Assembly (NCBI GenBank): GCA_050305515.1
Contig: JBNLFL010000016.1
Coordinates: forward strand, 17,496-81,495
Direction: 5' to 3'
Source of the DNA: Sulfurimonadaceae bacterium
GTDB taxonomy: Bacteria > Campylobacterota > Campylobacteria > Campylobacterales > Sulfurimonadaceae
DNA: 64,000 nucleotides
Part shown: piece by piece, positions 19,211 to 27,887 of the stretch
How the letters are laid out: every line of letters begins with the position of its first letter
Position numbering within the stretch: the stretch's first letter is position 1
Notes under the pieces: generated by a model
Databases searched by the model: none
What the model was told of the DNA's origin: nothing
Seen by the model: only the letters and a program-made list of their open reading frames with translations
Made by a program: the position numbers and the translations under genes

Positions 19211-21478
19211 TCATGTGTCGGCGGTAGCTTCGCGAAGCTTTTTTGGAAGCGTGATGACGGCGGCACATCCCTGTCCGCGGTTCTCAAGGGTAAGTGCGCC
19301 GCGAAAATAGTTCTGGATAATGGTCCGGCTCATGTAAAGGCCGATGCCGCTTCCCTTTCCCTGCTCCTTGGTGGTGTAATAGGGTTCGAAAAGGCGCGGC
19401 TGGATATCTTCTTTCAAGCCGATGCCGTTATCGACAATTTCGATACGCAGCGTATTCTGGTTGTCGAAGAGGTAGAACGTAATTTTGCCATTTTGTGTGT
19501 TTTTCTTCTCATTCCGCTCTTTGATGGCGTCGATGGCATTACTCATCAGGTTAAGAAACACCTGTCGTAAATGGTTGGCATTCCCATGGATATGCAAAGT
19601 CTGGTCACTGATTTCCGTCATATCGACTTCAATATCGTTGTTATGGAGCTGGGCTGAAAAAAGGGCTACGGCATCCTGAAGTGCCTGTGCTACAGAGAAG
19701 TCCTGATCGCCGCTTGAGGGTTTGAAAAAGTTCCTGAAATCTTCAATGGTCTGGGAAAGATGGTTGACCTGTTGCATGCCTAACGCGACACTCTCTTGAA
19801 TGTAGGCATCATCAAGCTCACCGCTTTTCTGGGCACTGAGCATATCCTGAAGATAGAGTGCAATGGCGTTAAGCGGCTGGCGCCACTGGTGGGCGATGGC
19901 GCTGATCATCTCCCCCATTGCGGCAAGCTTTGACTGCTGAATCAGCAGCTGCTCCTGTTCATGCCGCTTGGCACTCTCTTCGGCAACACGCTCTTCAAGA
20001 TGATGGGTCAGGGTTTCCGATTCGGTGATGTCGTAATTGATGCCGATCATCCGCGTCGCCTCTCCCTGAATGTCATAAAGAATATCCGCATAGGATTTGA
20101 TGGTCCTCACTTCACCGTTGTCCTGCCGGAGAATATGGAATTTGGAATCAAAACGCCGGTGATTGGTGATGGCAGACATAATTTCGTCGGCCACGCGTGC
20201 GGCATCTTCGGGAAAGACACAGCGCTCCCATGCATCATAAGTGGAATCAAAATCGCTTCGTTTAATACCATAGAGTTTGAAAAGTGTGTCATCCCACTCC
20301 AGATCCTGTGTGACGAGATTCAGGTCCCATACCCCGACCTGACCGCTTTCAGAGGCGACACGCAACCGGTGCTCGCTCAGACTCAGTTTTTCGCCGAGTT
20401 TCCGGCTCTCATCAAGAAGCTGGCGGATCTTGCGGTTTTTCTCTTCAAAAGCTTTGGCTGCGCGGGTGAGTTTGCCAATGTCATCGTCAGCGACATTCTC
20501 CGGTATGGTGACATCCTGCTGCGATGCGGTAAGGGCTTCAAAGGTTTGGGTCATTTCGCGTAGCGGAGTGGTAATGATCTTGATAAGCACCCAGGAGCTT
20601 GCGAACATGGCCAGTAGGAAAAGCAGGACTGTTACAAGAAGAATCCGGCGTAATTTTTCCGCATTATGACTCAGTTCTCCGCGCAAAACATCAAAGGCTT
20701 TGGTCGCTTCAAGACGCAGCTCTTTGGCGTAATAGAGCATTTCGTGGGCTTCACCGCTCATGACGACATCAAGCATCAGGTAGGCGCGAAAGTGCTGAAG
20801 CGATTTGACGACAATCGTATGAAACTGATCCAGAGCGCTCACAAGGCTCGCAGATTCGTGCGAACGGCTCTGTGCAAGGATTTGTGTCTGCTTCAGTGTT
20901 GCGAGCGCCTTTTCGGCGTAGGAGCGGTCAAGTGTCTCAAAATAGCGGATGACCCCTTTTTCCACCTTCATAAGATTGTTGAGTAGCTTGATATAGTGCA
21001 TCTGTTGTCTGGGATCGTTTTCCTTTGCCTGTAGCGCGGAGATTTCGGTTTCGATCGCTTCGGCAGTGGCGTGCAGGGTGTCCCGAAGTTCATTGTGAAT
21101 CGGGCGTTGCAGCTTCATGATGGCAAAGTTGCTCATATAATTGTCAAGATGCGATTTCAGTTTGGTGACTATCATCTGAAGTTCACTTGCCGAGGAAGCA
21201 TCAAGAAGCTGGATGTTCGTACGAACTGTGGAGGCAAGAGATTCCGCAGCATTGATGGAGTCGGCATCACCGGTGAGCGTAAAGTTGAGGACGTGACGTT
21301 TAAGCTCTTCGATATGGGTAGCCATAGCCATATCTTCCTGTAGCGTACGTGAATGCCGGTTAAGCTCTTCAAGCTGTTTTCCGGTGTGTTCCAGCTGGAT
21401 CATGGAAACAAGCATCAGTGTGAGCATCAAGAAGGTGGAAAAGAGCAGGGTCAGATAGATTTTAGTATTGAGCTTCAT
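19211..21478 (-). CDS. Membrane sensor histidine kinase (large periplasmic helical domain, HAMP-like, PAS, HisKA, HATPase_c)
   Basis: Two TM segments flank a ~290-aa extracytoplasmic region. A PAS domain follows, then H-box ISAIAHQWRQPLNAI and G-boxes (DNGIGL, GSGIGLYMS). Start set at MKLNTKIY. Confidence 0.85.
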   Translation of the reverse strand: MKLNTKIYLTLLFSTFLMLTLMLVSMIQLEHTGKQLEELNRHSRTLQEDMAMATHIEELKRHVLNFTLTGDADSINAAESLASTVRTNIQLLDASSASELQMIVTKLKSHLDNYMSNFAIMKLQRPIHNELRDTLHATAEAIETEISALQAKENDPRQQMHYIKLLNNLMKVEKGVIRYFETLDRSYAEKALATLKQTQILAQSRSHESASLVSALDQFHTIVVKSLQHFRAYLMLDVVMSGEAHEMLYYAKELRLEATKAFDVLRGELSHNAEKLRRILLVTVLLFLLAMFASSWVLIKIITTPLREMTQTFEALTASQQDVTIPENVADDDIGKLTRAAKAFEEKNRKIRQLLDESRKLGEKLSLSEHRLRVASESGQVGVWDLNLVTQDLEWDDTLFKLYGIKRSDFDSTYDAWERCVFPEDAARVADEIMSAITNHRRFDSKFHILRQDNGEVRTIKSYADILYDIQGEATRMIGINYDITESETLTHHLEERVAEESAKRHEQEQLLIQQSKLAAMGEMISAIAHQWRQPLNAIALYLQDMLSAQKSGELDDAYIQESVALGMQQVNHLSQTIEDFRNFFKPSSGDQDFSVAQALQDAVALFSAQLHNNDIEVDMTEISDQTLHIHGNANHLRQVFLNLMSNAIDAIKERNEKKNTQNGKITFYLFDNQNTLRIEIVDNGIGLKEDIQPRLFEPYYTTKEQGKGSGIGLYMSRTIIQNYFRGALTLENRGQGCAAVITLPKKLREATADT

Positions 21479-21488
21479 TATCTGTACC

Positions 21489-22766
21489 TTATGCAAGAGT
21501 CCCGACAGGCTGGGTACGTACGAAACGGTTCCATTTGTCAAGGGCATATTCAAAGTTCGGCATTACGGTATTCCAGACGGCAATGTGGCTGAAACGGTTA
21601 ATATAGGAACCGCCGGTCCGAATATCGCCGGGGTGAACGGAGATCTTTCCGTCCGTACCGTAAAGTGCTTTGGCAGCGGGTTTTCCCTCGTACCAGTAAT
21701 CCCACTCTTCAGGTTCCATCAGGGGTCTGGAGCGCTGCGGATTGGAGATGTAATAGCCCTGCCGGGCAATAAATGCTCCCGGCCATCCCGAGAGCCACCA
21801 GTTCATGTAGGCGTAGGCGGCTTCCTTGCGCTCGTCGCTGCTTTCGCTTGAGAGACTCATGACACCGTACCAGGCACGATATCCCTCTTTGGGCGCGGCG
21901 TAGATGCAGGGAATGCCCATGCCGTTAAGCGAGGTGATAGCCGGGGAAAACATGCTCTCGATATCGACCTGACCGCTTGCCATCAAATCGACGGATTGGG
22001 GAACGGAGTTCCAGACACCCCGAAAATGGCCGTTGCGGCGGTAACGCATGAGCACTTCAAAGAGTGCGTCGATCTCGCTGCGCGTAAGATTGCCGATATC
22101 CTTGAACCTGACCAGACCGCGCGCCTGCGTTGCCAAAATGGCATCGAAAAGTCCGATGCTGGGTTCGTTGACCAGTGCCACACGGCCTTTGTAACGCTCA
22201 TCGAGAAGCCATCCCCAGCTTTCACTCTGATAGGGTGTCCCTCTGGGAATTACGGTGCTGTTGTATCCGAAAGAGTCGACATTGTGGACGTAGGGCATGA
22301 AACTGATCTGCTCCGTAGGCGTTTTGCCAAGCGAACCATCAGACTGGATGAAGAGAATTTTGTTGGGAACGTCTCCCGCTCCGGGGAGTGCTTCGGGAAC
22401 GATGCGGCCGGTTTTTGGCAGGTCGTTGATTTCATTCCAATAGGTGAGACGTTTGATATCGATAGGTTGAATGGCACCGGAACTCCAGAGCAGACGGGTC
22501 GAATTGGACCACTGTTCGTAGAGGTCGAATGATGTCGGATCGGTGATTGCTTTCATCAGGACTTCGGCGCTGCCTCCGGGAAAAAACTCGATGTTGATTC
22601 CCAACTCGATCTGGGCACGTCGGCGCAGCGGTTCCTGAAGTGTCACATGAGTACCGAGCACCTTGATGGTGGGATATTTATTACGTGCATGCAAAATGGC
22701 GGGAAATGTAAATGCTGCTGCCGCAACGGCACTTTTTTGTAAAAAACGGCGTCGTTTTTCATTCAT
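21489..22766 (-). CDS. Periplasmic solute-binding protein (PotD/PotF-like ABC-type SBP fold) with Tat signal
   Basis: Twin-arginine signal MNEKRRRFLQKSAVAAAAFTFPAILHA. Size and composition fit type-2 periplasmic binding proteins. No ABC permease or ATPase gene is adjacent. An alternative start lies at 22781. Confidence 0.75.
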   Translation of the reverse strand: MNEKRRRFLQKSAVAAAAFTFPAILHARNKYPTIKVLGTHVTLQEPLRRRAQIELGINIEFFPGGSAEVLMKAITDPTSFDLYEQWSNSTRLLWSSGAIQPIDIKRLTYWNEINDLPKTGRIVPEALPGAGDVPNKILFIQSDGSLGKTPTEQISFMPYVHNVDSFGYNSTVIPRGTPYQSESWGWLLDERYKGRVALVNEPSIGLFDAILATQARGLVRFKDIGNLTRSEIDALFEVLMRYRRNGHFRGVWNSVPQSVDLMASGQVDIESMFSPAITSLNGMGIPCIYAAPKEGYRAWYGVMSLSSESSDERKEAAYAYMNWWLSGWPGAFIARQGYYISNPQRSRPLMEPEEWDYWYEGKPAAKALYGTDGKISVHPGDIRTGGSYINRFSHIAVWNTVMPNFEYALDKWNRFVRTQPVGTLA

Positions 22767-22851
22767 TGAACACTCACCCATGCATTGATATTTCTAATAA
22801 TATCACAAGCAGGAAGAATATAAATTACACTTTACATGTAAGGAAGAATTT

Positions 22852-23490
22852 TCAGGGAGCAAGGCGCGAAATCTGCCATCCTGTTTCGATTTTCGTATAG
22901 AGTATGCGGTCATGCAGGCGGCTTTCGCGTCCCTGCCAGAACTCGATGCTCTCAGGAACAATGCGGTAGCCGCCCCAGAAGTCGGGCAGGGGAATTTCGC
23001 CGTTTTTAAACTTCGCCGCCATCTTCTCCAGCTGCATGGCGAGTGCCTTGCGCGAGGTGATGATCTTTGATTGGTCGCTTACCCACGCACCGAGCTGGCT
23101 GCCGCGCGAGCGTTTCATGAAATAGGCGGCGGACTCTGCCGTGCTGATCTTTTCGCAGCGTCCGCGAATGCGTACCTGACGCTCCAGCTCAAGCCATAAA
23201 AAAGCTGCCGCTACCTGCGGATTGGCATGAAGTTCATGGGCTTTGACGCTGTTGTAATTGGTAAAAAAGACAAAGCCTTTCTCATCGAAAATTTTAAGCA
23301 GTACCGCACGGATGTTGGGCATTCCTGAAGCATCTGCCGTCGCGAGCTGCATGGCGTTGGGCTCGAGCACTTCACTTTTGAGTGCTTCGCCAAACCACGT
23401 TTCAAACTGTAGGAACGGGCTAGTGTCGACCTGTGATTCATCAAGTTCTGCGTGACGGTAGTCACGGCGCATGTCATAAAGGTTCAGCAT
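22852..23490 (-). CDS. pdxH: Pyridoxamine 5-prime-phosphate oxidase
   Basis: 212 aa. The conserved RVLLK-type segment (here AVLLKIFDEKGFVFFTNYNS) and the C-terminal IEFWQGRESRLHDR motif are diagnostic of PdxH. Confidence 0.92.
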   Translation of the reverse strand: MLNLYDMRRDYRHAELDESQVDTSPFLQFETWFGEALKSEVLEPNAMQLATADASGMPNIRAVLLKIFDEKGFVFFTNYNSVKAHELHANPQVAAAFLWLELERQVRIRGRCEKISTAESAAYFMKRSRGSQLGAWVSDQSKIITSRKALAMQLEKMAAKFKNGEIPLPDFWGGYRIVPESIEFWQGRESRLHDRILYTKIETGWQISRLAP

Positions 23491-23495
23491 GTGGT

Positions 23496-24194
23496 TCAGG
23501 GCAGCGGACGGAGCACAGGCTTAGGTTTTTTGTCATGGTCGTAATACCTGCTGACCCATTGGCGCTCGATATCGTTCCATGTGCGGCTGCTTACCTCTTC
23601 CTGACGGCTGTTTTCACGCTGGGCGAAACGCTGCGCAATGGAGTCTTCAAGTGACGTGTCGTCAGAAGCTACGCCAGCTACGGGAGCACACCAGCGTTCG
23701 AGGTCCGCTTTGAGGGAGAGCATCTGCTTTTGCAGCGCATCAAGCTTGGTTTGCGTCTCTTTGAGCTCTTTTTCTATGGTAGCGCTGTTGGAGTGTGACC
23801 ACGCGGCAATGTTGTCAAGATATTTGATGGCGACCGGAAGCGGTATATTGCTTTTGCCCATCACCGAGAAGGTACCGTTATCGGAGATCTGCCCATGCTT
23901 GGCGGGAATGCGCGTGTTGAGTGTAAGGCGTTCACGCGGGGTAAGTGCACTTTTTTTGTTCTGGATGGCAATGGCGTTGCGGATGACGTTGCGGGTGGCT
24001 TCGGTATCCCAGATGATTTGCCCCAGACGCTGCTGCTCGCTCTCCCAGAACGCTTCATCGGTATAAAGTTCCGACCATGCCGCTTCGAGTTTGGCATAGT
24101 CACGGCTAAGGGTGTTGCACTCTTCGGGGCTCATGGCATACAGCGTCACGAAAAGAAACGCTGTCGCGGTGAGGGTTAATGTAATACGTTGCAT
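23496..24194 (-). CDS. Secreted hypothetical protein, coiled-coil-rich (232 aa)
   Basis: Signal peptide (MQRITLTLTATAFLFVTLYA). Its start lies 15 nt downstream of the 1221-aa gene and its stop 5 nt upstream of pdxH. No recognisable family. Confidence 0.55.
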   Translation of the reverse strand: MQRITLTLTATAFLFVTLYAMSPEECNTLSRDYAKLEAAWSELYTDEAFWESEQQRLGQIIWDTEATRNVIRNAIAIQNKKSALTPRERLTLNTRIPAKHGQISDNGTFSVMGKSNIPLPVAIKYLDNIAAWSHSNSATIEKELKETQTKLDALQKQMLSLKADLERWCAPVAGVASDDTSLEDSIAQRFAQRENSRQEEVSSRTWNDIERQWVSRYYDHDKKPKPVLRPLP

Positions 24195-24209
24195 GATAAC
24201 TCCTTTGTT

Positions 24210-27200
24210 CTAATTGCCATGACACTGGCGTTTTCCGGGATCAAGCCCGATATGTTGACCCGCAGGACAGGGTTTGCAGTTGTTTACAGGGTCCGGCAGT
24301 GTCGGTTTTGTATCGAGTGCCTTGCCTTTACTGACACTGATGTTGGTATAGAGCGGATACTGGATGATCTTCATTTTCTTTTTGTTTTCTGCATTACGCT
24401 GTGTGATGAGGTCGTTGATCGTTTTGACATCTACAGGGCCGACAATCGTGTAGGTGGTTGATGAGCAGTTCGCCGTACGCTGCAAATAGGTACTCTTCTC
24501 GGTAATGAGATAATATTTTCCGACAGAGGGTGCCGTCGCTCCTGTTGTTGTGCTTTGCGAGGCACGGCTACTTTGGGATGTCGTCACGCTGCTTGATACC
24601 GAAGATGATGACCATGATTGACTCGAACTCCATGATGTTTGATCGTTACTGTTGCCATGGGCACTGCTGCGCTGGTTGTGTGCGGTAAGCGTGGCGATAG
24701 TTTCGGCATTCGCTTCATTCATGTTGTCCTGACCGAAGTCATGACCCTCTTCACCCCATCCCGAAGCGTTGTCCTGATTCTGACGCTCGCCGACACCGCT
24801 TTGGCGGTCACTCTCGCGGCTGTCCCATCCGGAAGCATCAAACCCGCCCCCGCCACTTTCAGGAATACAGATTTTATCGAGTCCACAGACCTGACCGAGC
24901 GGGCAGTTATGGTCGGTTTTACATGTAATGATGGAATCCTTGATCTGTTGACAGATAGCAGCTATTTTTGAAGAGCACGCCACGGCTTCCTGTGCTTTCG
25001 TATCGGCATAGGGACCGAAGATCTCCGCCGTATCTGCGGCTGCCCGGAGTTCGTTGAGATCACCTCCGGCGTTTTGCTCCTTGCAGCCGGCAAGCGCGAT
25101 TTTCTGCTGCATCAGTGCCGCGATGGCACGCTCTATGGCACTGCGCTGTGTGTTGCACTCGGCAATCGCTTTTTGCACGCCGGCAGAGTGCGTAGCGGCT
25201 GTGGAGGCGCTGAGACGGATACTTTCACTAATAGGTGCTAGCGATTGTTTGGCACCGGCGATCATCTCCTGCGATGCTCCGGAACGATCAAGCTCTTTGT
25301 TGATGCGGGCTGTGAGTGTCGCAGCCGTGGCCTGAAGCGAACGTACTTTATCAGCGTGCTCTCTCGCACCGCTTTGCAGGAGTGCGAGGGATTCGGGCGA
25401 AAGCAGCGCCAGTGAGGAGCGGGCCGATTCAATAGCGGCATTGATGGCATTGGACCGATAAAGCGCTTCGCGAACAAGTTGGTCGAACGCGGCATTGTTA
25501 AAGCCGGAAACCAGATGGTCGTAGCGCCCTTTGATAACTCCGGCTATCAGAAGCGCCTTGTTCGCTTCCGATCGTGATGCCGCCGCCGCACTTTTTGCCT
25601 GAAGGGCCAATGCGTTGCAGGCTTCAAGCGCCATCGATTTGTCGGCTTGCGACACGTAATCGCACGTCTCTTTGGCAGAATCGGCGGCGAAGGCGTAATG
25701 AAGTTTGAGTTTTCCCATATCTGATACCGAAGCGGCGTTGGCCGCTGCAATCTCCTGAGGATCGACAACGCCGAACTGCTGCATTTTGGCGCACCCCTCA
25801 ACGAGCTCATCAATGCCTTCGCCCGCACTCACGATTTTCTCTTTTATGGCACTGTACTCGGAGAGATACTGCTGCGCCTGTTGTGAAGCGCGTTCCAGCG
25901 GGGGGAGTTCCGCTTTGATACTGCGCTCTATTCCCTTGAGTTCGGCAAAAAGGCCGCGTACATCCGCAAAAGGATCAAATTCGTTTTGTTCCAGACCGCT
26001 GCACTCCCTGACACGGGCTTCAAGCGTATCAAACGCTGCAAGATAGCGGTTATAGCGGCTGAGTTCCATTTGAACGGCATCGACAAGCTGTGCGGGATCG
26101 GAAGCGGGAGCCTGACACGATTCGAGTGCTTGCGAGATGTCGCTTACCATGCGTTCACGTTCGCTCATGCGTTCGCGGAATGCCGCAATGTTGGCGCTTT
26201 CGGCAGCCATGATCGTTTTGATGTTCTGATCGACTTCCCATGCAGGCTTTTTGTATGCACGCGCCTGCTCCATGAGAGACTCTCCGGCTTTGGCCGCATA
26301 TTTCTTGATAAGCGGATCGCTCAGCAGCGTGCGGATCTGCTGATAGGGGGCGTCGATATACTCCGTGTAGGCTTTGGTGATAAACTCCTGCCAGGTCTCA
26401 ATATTGTGCAGGATGGTTTTGCCTTCGTCAATGCTTTTCGATGTTCCCGCAAGCTGCTCTTTCAGACTTTTGAGTTTTTTTAGAGTGCTTTTGATGGCGG
26501 TCGCATGGGTGAGTGCTTCTTTGACGTGGTAGTCTATGTCGGCTTTATAGCTTTGGGCTTCGCGCTTGCTTTTATTGATATATGCAAGGGTTTGACTGAT
26601 TAGTTTTGAATCGGATTTGTTCTGGCATGCGTTCTGTGCTTTCTCCCGTGCACTCAGACCGCGATCACGAATTTTGTCCAGATAGGTGCCGAGCTGATCA
26701 TGGGCAGTCTCAAAGCTTTGTTGATGCTGCGCGATGTCGCCGCACTCGGTGTATAGCGCCGCAGCTTCATGCCTGAGGTTCTCAAGTGTCTGTGCAGTGG
26801 CGTCGGAGCGGGAGTTGAATTCGGTGATTTTTTTGATCTGTTTTTCAAGTTTGCTATCAATACTGTAGAGCTGATCGGAGTTTTTCTCCAGCGTTTTCAT
26901 TGCGCTTTGCACCTGTGCGAAGATGCCTACCATTTTCTTGATCTGTTCATTATTCTGGGCATATTTCGCGGCGACGCTCATAAAGTACTGAAACATGCGG
27001 TCATGTTCCGCATCAAGAGCCGCCTTGAGCGGTTGAAGGCTTTGAACTGTTACCTGGTTTTGGCGTGCCTTGAATGCGGCATACTCATATTTTTCCAGAT
27101 AACCCAGCTCGGCGAACTCACGAACATTCTGCTGCTCCTTGATACCGAAGCTTCTGATCTCCGCCATGGGGTAACGGCCGTCAAGACTGAAGGTCTTCAT

Positions 27201-27875
27201 GTAGGCCTGTTCCGGAGTATATCCGGCCTGCCTGAGGTCATTGTAGTATTCGAGCATCTCACCCGAGAAGTAGCGTTTCATCCCTTTTTCGGCGAAATCA
27301 AGAAACTCGATTTCGAGTTCGACAAGCTGGATGAAGAGTCCCCCCGGACTGCCGCCGGTGCTATCTTTGAGAACCCAGTCAATGCCGCCGGTGATGAGGT
27401 CTTTCGAAAGCGCGGTCATCTTTTCGGTTCCGGTGGCTTTAAGCCGTGCTTTGAGGACGCTCGAAGCATCGGCATAGTTCCCCAGCCACACCTGCTGATA
27501 GACGGCTTTGGCATCATCGCGCGTGAGGGGAACGTAGTTTAAAATCTGCGCCGCGGGACTGTCATCGTCGATGATTTCGGCAATATGAGAGTCCACATAA
27601 GTGACGAAGTAGTCGCTGGCACTCTGTCCGGCCATCTGGAAGGCACCTTCGTAGTCGCCTCCGGCCATGCTGCCCAGAAAGTCACCGACTTTTGCCGGAT
27701 CAACGCTGCTGAGCCCTTTGGCAAGTTTGGGGTGATCTTCCTTGAGTTCTGCAATAAGGTCATTTTTAATCTGTACCATGGCCTCCTGCATCAGTTCATC
27801 ATCGCTGGGAGTATCGGCCAAACCTGTCGAGCATGTAAGCGAGAGAAACAGAAAAATGTGAATAAGAAAACGCAT
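24210..27875 (-). CDS. Large secreted alpha-helical/coiled-coil protein (1221 aa) with Ser-rich linker and Cys-containing C-terminal module
   Basis: Signal peptide MRFLIHIFLFLSLTCSTGLA. About 950 aa of helical, Ala/Glu/Lys/Gln-rich sequence follow. Then comes a CxxDHNCPLGQVCGLDKIC knot-like segment, a Ser-rich tract (SWSSSQSWSSSSVSSSVTTSQSSRASQSTTT) and a small C-terminal domain ending CKPCPAGQH...CHGN. Confidence 0.7.
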   Translation of the reverse strand: MRFLIHIFLFLSLTCSTGLADTPSDDELMQEAMVQIKNDLIAELKEDHPKLAKGLSSVDPAKVGDFLGSMAGGDYEGAFQMAGQSASDYFVTYVDSHIAEIIDDDSPAAQILNYVPLTRDDAKAVYQQVWLGNYADASSVLKARLKATGTEKMTALSKDLITGGIDWVLKDSTGGSPGGLFIQLVELEIEFLDFAEKGMKRYFSGEMLEYYNDLRQAGYTPEQAYMKTFSLDGRYPMAEIRSFGIKEQQNVREFAELGYLEKYEYAAFKARQNQVTVQSLQPLKAALDAEHDRMFQYFMSVAAKYAQNNEQIKKMVGIFAQVQSAMKTLEKNSDQLYSIDSKLEKQIKKITEFNSRSDATAQTLENLRHEAAALYTECGDIAQHQQSFETAHDQLGTYLDKIRDRGLSAREKAQNACQNKSDSKLISQTLAYINKSKREAQSYKADIDYHVKEALTHATAIKSTLKKLKSLKEQLAGTSKSIDEGKTILHNIETWQEFITKAYTEYIDAPYQQIRTLLSDPLIKKYAAKAGESLMEQARAYKKPAWEVDQNIKTIMAAESANIAAFRERMSERERMVSDISQALESCQAPASDPAQLVDAVQMELSRYNRYLAAFDTLEARVRECSGLEQNEFDPFADVRGLFAELKGIERSIKAELPPLERASQQAQQYLSEYSAIKEKIVSAGEGIDELVEGCAKMQQFGVVDPQEIAAANAASVSDMGKLKLHYAFAADSAKETCDYVSQADKSMALEACNALALQAKSAAAASRSEANKALLIAGVIKGRYDHLVSGFNNAAFDQLVREALYRSNAINAAIESARSSLALLSPESLALLQSGAREHADKVRSLQATAATLTARINKELDRSGASQEMIAGAKQSLAPISESIRLSASTAATHSAGVQKAIAECNTQRSAIERAIAALMQQKIALAGCKEQNAGGDLNELRAAADTAEIFGPYADTKAQEAVACSSKIAAICQQIKDSIITCKTDHNCPLGQVCGLDKICIPESGGGGFDASGWDSRESDRQSGVGERQNQDNASGWGEEGHDFGQDNMNEANAETIATLTAHNQRSSAHGNSNDQTSWSSSQSWSSSSVSSSVTTSQSSRASQSTTTGATAPSVGKYYLITEKSTYLQRTANCSSTTYTIVGPVDVKTINDLITQRNAENKKKMKIIQYPLYTNISVSKGKALDTKPTLPDPVNNCKPCPAGQHIGLDPGKRQCHGN

Positions 27876-27887
27876 GGTCTCCTCCTT

